Position numbers and translations under genes: made by a program. From Terriglobales bacterium (lineage in GTDB: Bacteria > Acidobacteriota > Terriglobia > Terriglobales > Acidobacteriaceae), in assembly GCA_037443605.1 (NCBI GenBank), contig JBBIOA010000017.1, positions 20,739-84,738 of the forward strand: a stretch of 64,000 nt of DNA. The letters run 5' to 3'. Below are positions 53,645 to 62,968 of the stretch, one piece after another. The first letter of the stretch is position 1. The number at the start of each line of letters is the position of its first letter. The notes beneath the pieces were generated by a model. The model ran no database searches, was not told the DNA's origin, and saw nothing but the letters and a program-made list of their open reading frames with translations.

Positions 53645-56371
53645 TCATTTAACACTGATCTTCATGCTCACCGGCAACTCCCGCGACGATCCACCCACCA
53701 ACACCTCGCGCGCCCCGGCAGCCCTGATCCATTGATTCCCGCCCTCCGACCATGCCTCCAGCCGCCGCGCCGGAATGTGAACCCTGATCTCTCGCGACTG
53801 CCCCGCCTCCACATGCACCCGCTCGAACCCAGCCAGGGCATGCACCGCATAATCCACTCCCTTCGGCTGCTTCGCCGGCGCTCCCAGATACACCTGCGCC
53901 ACCTCATCGCCGGCTACCATCCCCGTGTTCTTCACCGTGAAGCTCACCTCGAGCCCTCCATTTGTCGCGGCCACCACCTTCAACCCCGAGTACGCGAACT
54001 TCGTATACGACAATCCAAACCCAAACGGAAACAGCGGCGCGATCTTCTCCTTGTCGAACCACCGGTACCCCACCTGCACTCCTTCGCTGAACGTGGTCAC
54101 TCCATTCACGCCCTTGGCCGACCGCTCCGGATGGGCCGGATCCGTCGCCGCATAATCCTCCAGCTTCTTCGCCCAGGTAAACGGCAACCGTCCCGCCGGA
54201 CTCACCTTGCCCAGCAGAATATTCGCCGTCGCCCATCCCCCTTCATCGCCCGGCCACCACATCTGCAGTACCGCCTTGACGCGATCCAGCCATGGCATGG
54301 CAATCGGCTGGCTCACATTGAGCACCACGATCGTATTCGGATTCACCGCCGCAACTTCCTCAATCAGCTTGTCCTGCTCTCCCGGCAGCGCAAAGTCCGG
54401 CTTCCCCCGCGTCCACGCGAACACCACCGCAGTCCGCGCGGCCCTTGCCGCTGCAATCGCCGCCTCGTGATTCGCCTTCCTCTGCTCCGGCGTCGACCAC
54501 GCCAGCCGGATTTGTTCCGGCTCATTCGAAGTGTCCCCCTCAACCGACACCGACAACACGTGCGGCCCCGCCGTCAGGTCGACCGCCGCCCGCAGATTGT
54601 CCAGCCCATCGGTCGTCGGCATCAGCCCGTCTTTGCCCCCGAGCACCGTATCCCCATGCACGCCGCCGCGCATCCCGTTCGCGCCCGCAACTTTCTTCCC
54701 ATCAATGCTCACGCTACCCGCCGCGCCCAGCAGTTGCAGGTTGATCCAATACGTCCCCGCCGCCGGCACCGTCAGCTGGCCAGTCCAGCCCGCTTCGAGA
54801 TTCGCCGCCAACGGACTCCCGCTCTTCTTCGTGAAGTCCAAAGTCTCGTCGACCTGCGTCGCGCCCCGCTTGTCCGTCCTCAGCAATCCCGGCTTGCCGT
54901 CGTGCGAGAACGCCACCGCCGGAATCGCCACGCCGGTCATATCGTTATCGACCGCGAACGTGATCTTTGCATCCGGCGCAAATTTCTTCATCGCCTCATA
55001 CGGCCCAACCTGCCGCCAGGGAAATCCCACCGACCGTTCCCCCGCCGTCCCAATCGCCACCACCTGCCCCGCTCCCGGCCCAATCATCGCCAGCGATCCC
55101 AAATCCCCGGCGCTCAGGGGCAGAATGCCTCCATTATTTTTCAGCAGCACGGCCGCATCTTCCGCCGTCTTCTGAATAATTTGCGCATTCTCCTCGGTCG
55201 CATGCGGACGAATCTGATGGTCCGGCGCATGGTCAAGATACCCGAACTTTTCCATCTCAAAAAGAACGCGCCCCGCCGCCTGCGTGATGGTTTCTTCCTT
55301 CAGCGCTCCCGCTTGCGTCAGGCTCCAGAAGTTGATCCGCGGATCCTTCCCGAAGAATGCCGCAAAGTCCGGCGGCGTCGGTTTCGGCTCCTCCGGAATC
55401 GAGCTGAAGAAGCCCTCGAACATCGAGGTATCGCGTTTTCCCGAGGGCGGTGGTTCCGGCTTCTCCGTGGTGAAGAAGGAAAAGAAAAGTGCGCTCATCG
55501 GATCTTCTTTCCGCCCCGGCCCCGGCATCTCCATATCGAGTCCGCTGTTGATGAACGACGGCGAGTGCGTCGCGCCCCAGTCGCTGGTCACAAATCCCTT
55601 GAATCCCAACTCCTTGCGCAGTATGTCGACCAGGGCTTCCCGATTTCCGCATGCGTAGGTCCCGTTCAGCTTGTTGTACGAACACATAATCGACGACACG
55701 CCCGCATTCACCGCATCCACGAACGGCGCCACATAGATCTCCCGCAACGCCTGCGCATCAACCACTACGCTCCGCGCATCCGTGTCATACGCCACGTAGT
55801 GCTTGGCTTGCGCCATTACGCCCTGCCCCTGAATCCCGCGGATCAGTCCCGCCCCCATCGCGCCGGTCAGCACCGGATCTTCTCCATACGTGTTGTATCC
55901 GCGCCCAAACGTGATGTCGCGATCGATGTTGATGAACGGCTCCAGCACCACATCAATCCCCAGCGACTTCGCCTCGCGCCCGATCACCACGCCGTTCTCT
56001 TCCGCGTCCTTCACGCTGAACGTCGCCGCCAGTCCCATCGTCGCCGTCTCCGCCTGCGACGGCTGCCGCGTCAGCACCCCCGGCGGCCCGTCCGACATGC
56101 GAATCGGCGGAATCCCCAGCCGCGGCACTCCCGCCAGATATCCCGCCTGCCCCTGATCGGTCGCGTGATCCTCCCTCGCCCCGCGAATCAGCGCCATCTT
56201 CTCCTCCAGCGTCATCTGGCTGAGCAGTCTGTCGACCCGGGCATTTCCGGTCACCACCGGAACGGTTTGCGCGCCGCCAGGAATCGCCATCGCGATCATC
56301 ATTGCGAGAAGGACGGCAATTCTGCCGGCTGAGTGAATGAAAGGAATCTGCTTCCATGTCTGGAGTGTCAT
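53645..56371 (-). CDS. Secreted glycoside hydrolase family 3 (beta-glucosidase-like) with PA14-like insert
   Basis: Signal peptide. Contains KHYVAYD and the nucleophile region GFKGFVTSDWGA. A PA14-like segment (GWTGQLTVPAAGTYWINLQ) and a C-terminal Fn3-like domain. Confidence 0.9.
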   Translation of the reverse strand: MTLQTWKQIPFIHSAGRIAVLLAMMIAMAIPGGAQTVPVVTGNARVDRLLSQMTLEEKMALIRGAREDHATDQGQAGYLAGVPRLGIPPIRMSDGPPGVLTRQPSQAETATMGLAATFSVKDAEENGVVIGREAKSLGIDVVLEPFINIDRDITFGRGYNTYGEDPVLTGAMGAGLIRGIQGQGVMAQAKHYVAYDTDARSVVVDAQALREIYVAPFVDAVNAGVSSIMCSYNKLNGTYACGNREALVDILRKELGFKGFVTSDWGATHSPSFINSGLDMEMPGPGRKEDPMSALFFSFFTTEKPEPPPSGKRDTSMFEGFFSSIPEEPKPTPPDFAAFFGKDPRINFWSLTQAGALKEETITQAAGRVLFEMEKFGYLDHAPDHQIRPHATEENAQIIQKTAEDAAVLLKNNGGILPLSAGDLGSLAMIGPGAGQVVAIGTAGERSVGFPWRQVGPYEAMKKFAPDAKITFAVDNDMTGVAIPAVAFSHDGKPGLLRTDKRGATQVDETLDFTKKSGSPLAANLEAGWTGQLTVPAAGTYWINLQLLGAAGSVSIDGKKVAGANGMRGGVHGDTVLGGKDGLMPTTDGLDNLRAAVDLTAGPHVLSVSVEGDTSNEPEQIRLAWSTPEQRKANHEAAIAAARAARTAVVFAWTRGKPDFALPGEQDKLIEEVAAVNPNTIVVLNVSQPIAMPWLDRVKAVLQMWWPGDEGGWATANILLGKVSPAGRLPFTWAKKLEDYAATDPAHPERSAKGVNGVTTFSEGVQVGYRWFDKEKIAPLFPFGFGLSYTKFAYSGLKVVAATNGGLEVSFTVKNTGMVAGDEVAQVYLGAPAKQPKGVDYAVHALAGFERVHVEAGQSREIRVHIPARRLEAWSEGGNQWIRAAGAREVLVGGSSRELPVSMKISVK

Positions 56372-56537
56372 CGTGGGCTCCCGGTCGGCCTGCTGGGTCC
56401 GACGTTCATAGGTTCGCAGCGCGACTCGGCGCCGCCTACTTCGTTGCAGCAGGACATAGTAGTCCCGAAGGCTGCCTTTTACCTACTACCCATCTCATAA
56501 ATTCTTGGGCAAGATCAGGCAGCTTCGACGGCGACCC

Positions 56538-56563
56538 CAAAAATCGGCCCTATCATGAGGGCC
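56538..56563 (-). terminator. Rho-independent terminator after the YciI-like gene
   Basis: On the minus strand, GGCCCTcatgatAGGGCC followed by GATTTTTGG, starting 5 nt after the stop codon. Confidence 0.55.
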
Positions 56564-56567
56564 GCCC

Positions 56568-56969
56568 TCATCGTGAGACATCCTTCCGCCGTCTCCGCTC
56601 GCTCTGCTTCACCATTTCGTTCAAGTCCGCCGCCGGGCGAATCTCGAAAATGCTGCCGTACTTCAGGGCCGGATGCTGTGCCATGAGCTGTACGGCCTGA
56701 TTCAGGTCCCGCGCCTCAAGGACGAGTATGCCGCCAAGTTGTTCCTTGGTTTCTGCATACGGACCGTCCGTGGTTGCGACTTTGCCGTTCTTCCAATACA
56801 GGGTTAAGGCGGTTTCCGCAGGCTGAAGCGCTTCGCCGCCGGCCCAATGCCCGTTGGCGCGAAGGTGGTCGTCGTATTCAAAGCAGGTGTCGAACATCCC
56901 GTGTTGCTCCTCCTCGGTCATGCCTTCGTGTTTGCCTTTGTCGTAGTACCCCAAACAGACGTATTTCAT
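56568..56969 (-). CDS. YciI-family (YCII/DGPF) protein
   Basis: MKYVCLGYYD... DGPYAETKEQLGGILVLEARDLNQAVQLM. Start at the internal ATG. Confidence 0.8.
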   Translation of the reverse strand: MKYVCLGYYDKGKHEGMTEEEQHGMFDTCFEYDDHLRANGHWAGGEALQPAETALTLYWKNGKVATTDGPYAETKEQLGGILVLEARDLNQAVQLMAQHPALKYGSIFEIRPAADLNEMVKQSERRRRKDVSR

Positions 56970-57123
56970 CGTTCTTCTCCTCCCGGTGGAAAACAGCAAC
57001 ACAGCCTTGTGCCTTGGATCGCTCATCTTATAGTCGCCGTACAAAGAAAAAATCGACAGCAGGCGCGGACCATTTTTGGCAAAACCGGAGAACTCCCTCC
57101 GTCCTGCAGATTGTGCTTGCGTT

Positions 57124-57147
57124 ACATTACACCCTATGGTGTAATGT
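57124..57147. promoter_or_regulatory. Perfect 10-4-10 inverted repeat, candidate ArsR/SmtB operator
   Basis: ACATTACACCctatGGTGTAATGT ends 4 nt before the proposed GTG start of the ArsR-family gene. Confidence 0.5.
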
Positions 57148-57151
57148 TGCC

Positions 57152-57484
57152 GTGGATCAATTGACTAATGTATTGACTGCAATTTCCCACCCCACCCGGC
57201 GAGCGATTATTGGACAACTGGCCAGCGGCCCGGCTCGCTTTCTGGATGTCGCAAAGCCGTTCGACACCGCTTTAAATGCGGTGACGAAACACCTGAAGTT
57301 GCTCGAAAGAGCAGGGTTGATCGAACGCAGAAAACAGGGCCGGGAAGTCTTCATCTCTTTTCGCGCGGAACCACTTCGACAGGTGGCGGGATGGGTTCAT
57401 GAGTACGAACGCTTCTGGAATCAGCGCCTCGACAGCTTTGAACAGTACTTTAGGGACAAACGCAAGCAGGAGAAGAAGTCATGA
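57152..57484 (+). CDS. ArsR/SmtB-family winged-helix transcriptional regulator
   Basis: LTAISHPTRRAIIGQLASGPARFLDVAKPF...AVTKHLKLLERAGLIERRKQGREVF. The start (GTG 57152 or TTG 57161) is inferred. The long track ORF upstream is non-coding-looking. Confidence 0.8.
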   Translation: MDQLTNVLTAISHPTRRAIIGQLASGPARFLDVAKPFDTALNAVTKHLKLLERAGLIERRKQGREVFISFRAEPLRQVAGWVHEYERFWNQRLDSFEQYFRDKRKQEKKS

Positions 57485-57951
57485 AGAAATCGGCGAAGAC
57501 CATTGAAGTTAGGGTTGAACGGACAATCCCTGCTGCGCCGGACGAGGCGTTCGATGGGTGGCTCAATCCAAGCATCCCTGGCAATCCCTGGAATGCAGCC
57601 GAAACATTTGTCCTGGACCCAAAAGTCGACGGCCTCTTCTACTGGCTCTTGAAACGAACTGCCCATTACGGGCGATTCATGAAAATAGATCGGCCCGTCA
57701 GAATTCAGCACACCTGGGTATCACCAAATACGTTGGGACAAGAATCGACGGTTACCGTGATCTTCAAGAAACAGGCAGAAGATACCCTGATGACCCTGGT
57801 GCATTCCAACCTTCCGGACACTGACGAAGCGAGAGGCCATGAGCGCGGCTGGAATTATTTTCTGGGAATTTTTCGTGAGCAATTTGGAAGCGGTTCACGC
57901 CAGCCATACCGCTGGGCGGATGCTCATCCAGCGGAGGCAGCGAAAAAATGA
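57481..57951 (+). CDS. SRPBCC-superfamily (AHSA1/START-like) protein
   Basis: 156 aa with IEVRVERTIPAAPDEAFDGWLNP.... ATGA overlap with the ArsR gene, the classic ArsR-SRPBCC pair. Confidence 0.8.
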   Translation: MKKSAKTIEVRVERTIPAAPDEAFDGWLNPSIPGNPWNAAETFVLDPKVDGLFYWLLKRTAHYGRFMKIDRPVRIQHTWVSPNTLGQESTVTVIFKKQAEDTLMTLVHSNLPDTDEARGHERGWNYFLGIFREQFGSGSRQPYRWADAHPAEAAKK

Positions 57952-58904
57952 ACCACCACCTCAACAGACGCGGAATCCGCCCACTTGTTGGCGCAATCCT
58001 GCTGCCGCTCCTCGTGGCCTCCCAAGCGATCGGCGGAAATGGCCTCGATCCGGCACAGACTCAGACCAAAGGAACAGTCATGAACACACGCACCAGCGAT
58101 CCAAAGAAGATCAAAGGGTACGCGCCAGTCAACGGACTGACGATGTATTACGAAATCGAGGGAACCGGAGCGCCCCTCGTTGTGATTCCGCCGGCTTTCG
58201 GATTTGCTGGCCGGGAATCCTTTCCTGCGCTGCTGCAAAATCACTCGGTCATTACGGTCGACCTCCAGGGAAATGGCCGCACCGCAGATATCCCGGATCG
58301 TCCGATCTCCATCGAGCAATATGCCAAAGACGTGGTTGAACTATTGAGATATCTTGGCATCCCTAAGGCCGACTTCCTGGGTGAAAGCTACGGCGGCGAC
58401 ACAGCAGCTCTCATCGCAATTCGCTATCCTGAGTTCGTCAATCGTGTGGTCACTTATTCTGCGACGTTTGCCCCGCCTCCCGGCACCTTAAATCCGCTGA
58501 CCACGCATTATGATCACACGCCTACCGCTGAGACTCGAGACATCCAATTTCAAAGAGAAAGCTACAAGAAAGTGGCGCCCGATCCGAGTTACTGGCCCAG
58601 GATCTATGAGAAGGTTGGCAGCATCCAGTGGAAAGGCTTCTCGAACGAAGAGTTGGCTTCGGTCACAGTGCCATTTCTCATCCTTCAGGGAGATCACGAT
58701 TTTGTCCGCCTCGAGCACTCGGTTGAAACCGTCAAACAGATCCCGCACGCCGAACTTGCGGTGATCCCGGATGCGAGCCACTTCGCCTTATCTTCGGAAC
58801 AGGAGAGGGTCATCCCCATCATCAAACATTTCCTGGAGAAGCCTGACCAGCGACTCCCCTTGGCGACCGCCAACACAGGCTATCGCCCCGGTGAAACCAG
58901 ATAA
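57948..58904 (+). CDS. Alpha/beta-fold hydrolase, probably secreted
   Basis: Nucleophile elbow GESYGG, HG-like region, and C-terminal DASHF (His of the triad). N-terminal hydrophobic signal. 4-nt overlap with the upstream gene. Confidence 0.8.
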   Translation: MNHHLNRRGIRPLVGAILLPLLVASQAIGGNGLDPAQTQTKGTVMNTRTSDPKKIKGYAPVNGLTMYYEIEGTGAPLVVIPPAFGFAGRESFPALLQNHSVITVDLQGNGRTADIPDRPISIEQYAKDVVELLRYLGIPKADFLGESYGGDTAALIAIRYPEFVNRVVTYSATFAPPPGTLNPLTTHYDHTPTAETRDIQFQRESYKKVAPDPSYWPRIYEKVGSIQWKGFSNEELASVTVPFLILQGDHDFVRLEHSVETVKQIPHAELAVIPDASHFALSSEQERVIPIIKHFLEKPDQRLPLATANTGYRPGETR

Positions 58905-58971
58905 GAGCCGTGAGTCGCTCATCGTCTTCCGCCAGAATGGGCCAAGTCCAAGTCTGCCACCGGCGCCTTCA

Positions 58972-59709
58972 TCAGTCATGATGGTTGCCCGCAGGCGTTC
59001 CGTCGGACCAATCGGCCACCCCGACCAGGAACACCAGCATCGGTGGCAGCCCTTTCAGTTGAGACGGTTCCTTCGACCAGAAGAACCAATACGGAGCCGC
59101 CATGACCGGCGAGCCCACCTCTCCAGAACCCCAATCTTTACCGTCCTTGACCAGAGTGTAGAACATGAGATGAGGTAGGTTGTGACCCCCTTCGTCGGTC
59201 AGATACGCGGATTTCGACATCATGTAATCCATGGCGCCGCTCTCGAGCTCCGGCAGTTCCCGGTTCTCGAACGCCGCCTTGAGTGCCGACACCATCTCCG
59301 TCTTGGAACGGCCCGCCATCACCATCCGGGCGCGCAGATAAAAGATGGGCAACATCGAACGCGCAGCCTGCGGGTTCAGACAATCGGCTGCCTTCACCTT
59401 CGGGTTCCAGAATTCCGCCCAGTCGAACGCAGCCATCCAGCCTCGACCCACCATGCAGACAAACCCGTTCTTGCCTTCAACCGCTGTCTCGTAGCCCTGC
59501 CGCCCCAACACTAAGACCGTCGCGTCCTTGGAGACGGCGTCGGGAGCGGCACTTCGCGCCAATTGAATCTCGGCGTCTCTTTCCATCAGGTATTGGGCGA
59601 CTGGCGCCATCTTCGGATATGGATCCGTCTGTGCGGCGGCCTTCGCCATACCCCAGCCCAGTACGATGACCAACGCAACCCCAATCGTGAGTTCACATTT
59701 CCGGCTCAT
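58972..59709 (-). CDS. Hypothetical secreted protein
   Basis: Start at the internal ATG with signal peptide MSRKCELTIGVALVIVLGWGMAKAAAQ, preceded by GGAGGGAGG. No recognised motifs. Confidence 0.5.
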   Translation of the reverse strand: MSRKCELTIGVALVIVLGWGMAKAAAQTDPYPKMAPVAQYLMERDAEIQLARSAAPDAVSKDATVLVLGRQGYETAVEGKNGFVCMVGRGWMAAFDWAEFWNPKVKAADCLNPQAARSMLPIFYLRARMVMAGRSKTEMVSALKAAFENRELPELESGAMDYMMSKSAYLTDEGGHNLPHLMFYTLVKDGKDWGSGEVGSPVMAAPYWFFWSKEPSQLKGLPPMLVFLVGVADWSDGTPAGNHHD

Positions 59710-59810
59710 CTTTCCTCCCTCCGGTTGAGAGCCAGCGGCGTAGCCCTCGCGCTGGCTCGTTCCTCCCACGGCCCAGACGGCCCATCTTTCCGAAGTCCCG
59801 GCGGATGAGA

Positions 59811-60179
59811 TTATTCCGTGGCGTTCTCCGGAGCCGGGAAGAAAAGTAGCTCGCGCACCTCGCCCACCACATCGCAGATGATGGCCGCCTTCTTCGCCCA
59901 GCCCAGCGCCTCGTCCATATTCGCGCATTCCAGGATCCAGAAACCGCCCATATGCTCTTTGGTCTCGGTGTACGGCCCGTCGGTGACCAGCACCTTGCCG
60001 TTGGCCTTGGACCGCAGCGTCTTCGCGGCGGCAGGCGGGGCAATGCCGCAGGCAAACTTCCTCACTCCGGCAGCAATCAATTCGCGGTTCAGCGCGTGGA
60101 TGTGTTCCATCATCGCTTCGGTTACGGTGGACGGGTCGAAGTCGTCGGGCATGTAATTCGCAACCAGATACTGTGGCAT
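59811..60179 (-). CDS. YciI-family (YCII/DGPF) protein
   Basis: MPQYLVANYMPDDFD... VTDGPYTETKEHMGGFWILECANMDEALGWAKK. Confidence 0.8.
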   Translation of the reverse strand: MPQYLVANYMPDDFDPSTVTEAMMEHIHALNRELIAAGVRKFACGIAPPAAAKTLRSKANGKVLVTDGPYTETKEHMGGFWILECANMDEALGWAKKAAIICDVVGEVRELLFFPAPENATE

Positions 60180-60349
60180 GACGTTTTATTCTCCTGTAAA
60201 GGTCTTGATTCTGTGATCTTTGGCCGGGCCACTCGCCCTGCCTTCACGATATAGTCGAACGCCCCCGCCGGAATTCGACAATTCCTCCAAACTTTTTTCC
60301 GCGCTTTCGCTGGGGCGACCGATACCTCAAAGTGGACCAGGGTGGAAGG

Positions 60350-61243
60350 TCAACGTGCAGCAGCGGTCTGCTGCTTGGTCAATGCCTGCTCGAAAGTCTT
60401 CTGAGCGTTAGCGACGAAATCCTTATAGCCTGCCTGGTCGAGGAAGACACGGGGGCCATCCTGCGGATAGTGCTCCAGTTTCGTCAGCATATCGAAGTAC
60501 CCGCCGTGTGCGCCAAGAAATACCTCACAGGGCAAAGCACGTAAAGCCGCAAATGTGTGTTGGAAATCCTCGACAATGCCCGGATAGCTTACAGGGTGGC
60601 TGCGCGTAGCCACAAAGTGGTACTCCGACCAAAAACCCGTCCCTCCGACAATGACGATGTTGCGCGACGTTCCCGCTGGTTCGCCTGGGAGATGAGAGCG
60701 CATGGTCCACGTCGTACATCCGCGCGTGTGGCCGGCCGTCTTATGGGCCGTCAATACGACTGCCCCCAGGGTTACAGTGTCGCCGTCGTGCAGTACTCGG
60801 TCCACGTGCACCGGAGTGTAGCCGGGGACATTGGGTGAAGGCGAAAGGAAATCTGTTCGCGCGCCGGTTTCCACCACGCTCGCGTCGCCTTCCATCACCA
60901 TGTTCTTCGCATGGGTCTCACGCACCACTTCGGCCGCGCCAGCCATGTGATCGTCATGCGCCTGACTATTGAGCAGAATCTTGATATCAGTCCAGCGGAA
61001 GCCTAGTTTCTCCACGCTCGCGCGTATCTGCGGCGGCGAAGTAGCCAGGTTGGCATTGATGAGAATATTCCCGCTCGGAGTGACCACCAGATAGCTGGCA
61101 AGGTCCTTGCTTCCCACGTAGTAAAGGTTGTCGGCAATTCGGAACGGTGCGATCGGTGTAGTCCAGGAGCGATTCGTTTCCGCATGGGCGAGTGTGCATG
61201 CGCAGAACAGAGGCGTCCACACACAGCAAAGAAAAGCGCGCAT
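60350..61243 (-). CDS. Subclass B3 metallo-beta-lactamase-fold enzyme, Gln116 (QxHxDH) variant, secreted
   Basis: Signal peptide. FRIADNLYYVG, LLNSQAHDDHMAG (Q116-H118-D120-H121), HKTAGHTRG (H196), FLGAHGG (H263). Confidence 0.85.
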   Translation of the reverse strand: MRAFLCCVWTPLFCACTLAHAETNRSWTTPIAPFRIADNLYYVGSKDLASYLVVTPSGNILINANLATSPPQIRASVEKLGFRWTDIKILLNSQAHDDHMAGAAEVVRETHAKNMVMEGDASVVETGARTDFLSPSPNVPGYTPVHVDRVLHDGDTVTLGAVVLTAHKTAGHTRGCTTWTMRSHLPGEPAGTSRNIVIVGGTGFWSEYHFVATRSHPVSYPGIVEDFQHTFAALRALPCEVFLGAHGGYFDMLTKLEHYPQDGPRVFLDQAGYKDFVANAQKTFEQALTKQQTAAAR

Positions 61244-61320
61244 TTTTCATGTATAGCACACGAAAAAAACCATATCGCCCGGTGCCCGGACTGGTCCCGA
61301 GGACTGGGCCGGTAGCCGCC

Positions 61321-61450
61321 GGGTGCCCCATTTCTCGCGTTCTTTGCGAGAAGTGGGGCTTTTGATCCATCGGGGGCCGGCCCACCCTTTCATAAATTCC
61401 CCAAGTGAGGGTTGCCCCACCCTTCCCGCGTCTTTTGCGGGAGGGTGGGC
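61321..61450 (+). repeat. Cluster of three family-C GC-rich hairpin repeats
   Basis: GCCCCAtTTCTCGCgttctttGCGAGAAgTGGGGCtttt (61324-61362), a partial copy cccaccctttcataaattccccaagtgagggttg, and GCCCCACCCTTCCCGCgtcttttGCGGGAGGGTGGGC (61414-61450). Confidence 0.75.
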
Positions 61451-61566
61451 CTCTACGCTGACCACAAGCTGCATGAACGCACGTCAAACCAGTCCGCTAT
61501 CAGAAGAATGTGCGGACAGACGGAACGTACCCCGCTTCCCCTGGCGATGCGCCACCGACATCGTTC

Positions 61567-62925
61567 CTATTTCAACTTTTGAATCCGCCCCTGCAGGAAT
61601 TGCCGCTCCGGTTCCTGCTGCGTCAGCGCCAGCGCCTTCTCGTAACACGCCCGAGCCTCCGCCGTCCTTCCCAGCCTGCGGTACAGATCCGCACGGGCGG
61701 AATGCGCCAGATAATAGTTTGCCAAGTCGCCTTGTTTTCCTGAATAACGTTCCAGCACCGCGTCGATCTGCGCCAGGCCCGCCTCTGGACCATCACGCAT
61801 GGCAACGGCCACCGCGCGATTGAGCTCAACCACGGGCGAAGGCTGAATTCGCAGCAACTGATCGTAAAGTGCAACAATCCGCCGCCAGTCCGTCGCACCG
61901 ACCGATTCCGCCTCCGCATGAACGGCCGCAATCGCAGCCTGCAGCGTGTAGGAACCGAAGCGGCGGGACTGCAGCGCCTTCTCCAGCAAGGCCACCCCCT
62001 CCGCGATCTGCTTTTTGTTCCAGAGCGCGCGGTCTTGATTCTCCAGCAAAATCAGCTCTCCGCTCGGAGAGGTTCTCGCGGCGCGACGGGATTCCTGCAG
62101 CAACATCAGGGCCAGCAGCCCCATCACCTCCGGCTCTGGCTGGAGCTCCGTCAGCAACCGGCCCAGTCGAATCGCCTCGCCGGTGAGCTCGGCCCGCGTG
62201 ACCTCCGCTCCCGCCGCCGCCGAATAACCCTCGTTAAAAACCAGATACACGACATGAAGCACCGCGCCCAGCCGCTCCGGCAATTCCTCGGGCGCCGGCA
62301 CTTCGTAGGGAATCCGTTCCTCTCGAATCTTTGCCTTGGCGCGCACAATGCGCTGCGCCAGCGTGCGCGGAGTGGTGAGGAAGGCCTTGGCGATCTCCTC
62401 GGTGGTCAGCCCGCACACCTCACGCAAGGTGAGCGCAACCCGTGCTTCCGGCGCTAGCGATGGATGACAGCAGGTAAAGATGAGACGGAGGCGGTCATCT
62501 TCAAGGCTGTCCTCGTCATTGGATTTTTCCGCTGAACTCGATTGCGCTTCGAGATGTCGCGCGAGTTCGTCTTGCGACCCATCAATTCTTGCCCGCCGGC
62601 GCAGACGATCGATGGCTTTGAATCGGGCCGTCGAAATCAGCCATGGTCGCGGGCTGCCGGGGACTCCACTCGCCGGCCACAGGCTCAGCGCCGCCGCAAA
62701 GGCTTCGTGCATCGCCTCCTCGGCCAGATCAAAATCACCCAGCAGGCGGATCAGAGTAGCCAGGATTCGCCCCGACTCCTCGCGATAAAGCGCGTCGAGC
62801 AAGGTGCGTATCTGGTCATGGTTCTGCTTGCGGCAACCTTCGGACGCGACCCCCTCGGACGTGACCCGCTCGGTCATGACTACGACCTTAGCAAACCCGC
62901 TACCTCGAATCAATTTGGCAAACAC
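61567..62925 (-). CDS. ECF-type sigma-70 family factor with long C-terminal (DUF6596/TPR-like) extension, the class usually paired with YciI genes
   Basis: Region 2 (RPWLISTARFKAIDRLRR), region 4 (ALTLREVCGLTTEEIAKAFLTTPRTLAQRIVRAK), then a ~230-aa helical C-domain. The start may be at MTERV (62877). Confidence 0.85.
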   Translation of the reverse strand: MFAKLIRGSGFAKVVVMTERVTSEGVASEGCRKQNHDQIRTLLDALYREESGRILATLIRLLGDFDLAEEAMHEAFAAALSLWPASGVPGSPRPWLISTARFKAIDRLRRRARIDGSQDELARHLEAQSSSAEKSNDEDSLEDDRLRLIFTCCHPSLAPEARVALTLREVCGLTTEEIAKAFLTTPRTLAQRIVRAKAKIREERIPYEVPAPEELPERLGAVLHVVYLVFNEGYSAAAGAEVTRAELTGEAIRLGRLLTELQPEPEVMGLLALMLLQESRRAARTSPSGELILLENQDRALWNKKQIAEGVALLEKALQSRRFGSYTLQAAIAAVHAEAESVGATDWRRIVALYDQLLRIQPSPVVELNRAVAVAMRDGPEAGLAQIDAVLERYSGKQGDLANYYLAHSARADLYRRLGRTAEARACYEKALALTQQEPERQFLQGRIQKLK

Positions 62926-62968
62926 AAAGCGTCCTTCACGGCTTCTCTTCGCGATGGTTGCGGTTCTC

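Noticed and set aside
53732-56332. 866-aa ORF on the plus strand
   Set aside because: It is antisense to the GH3 glycosidase. The translation is dominated by R/P/H/Q runs with no motifs, so it is a GC-driven open frame.
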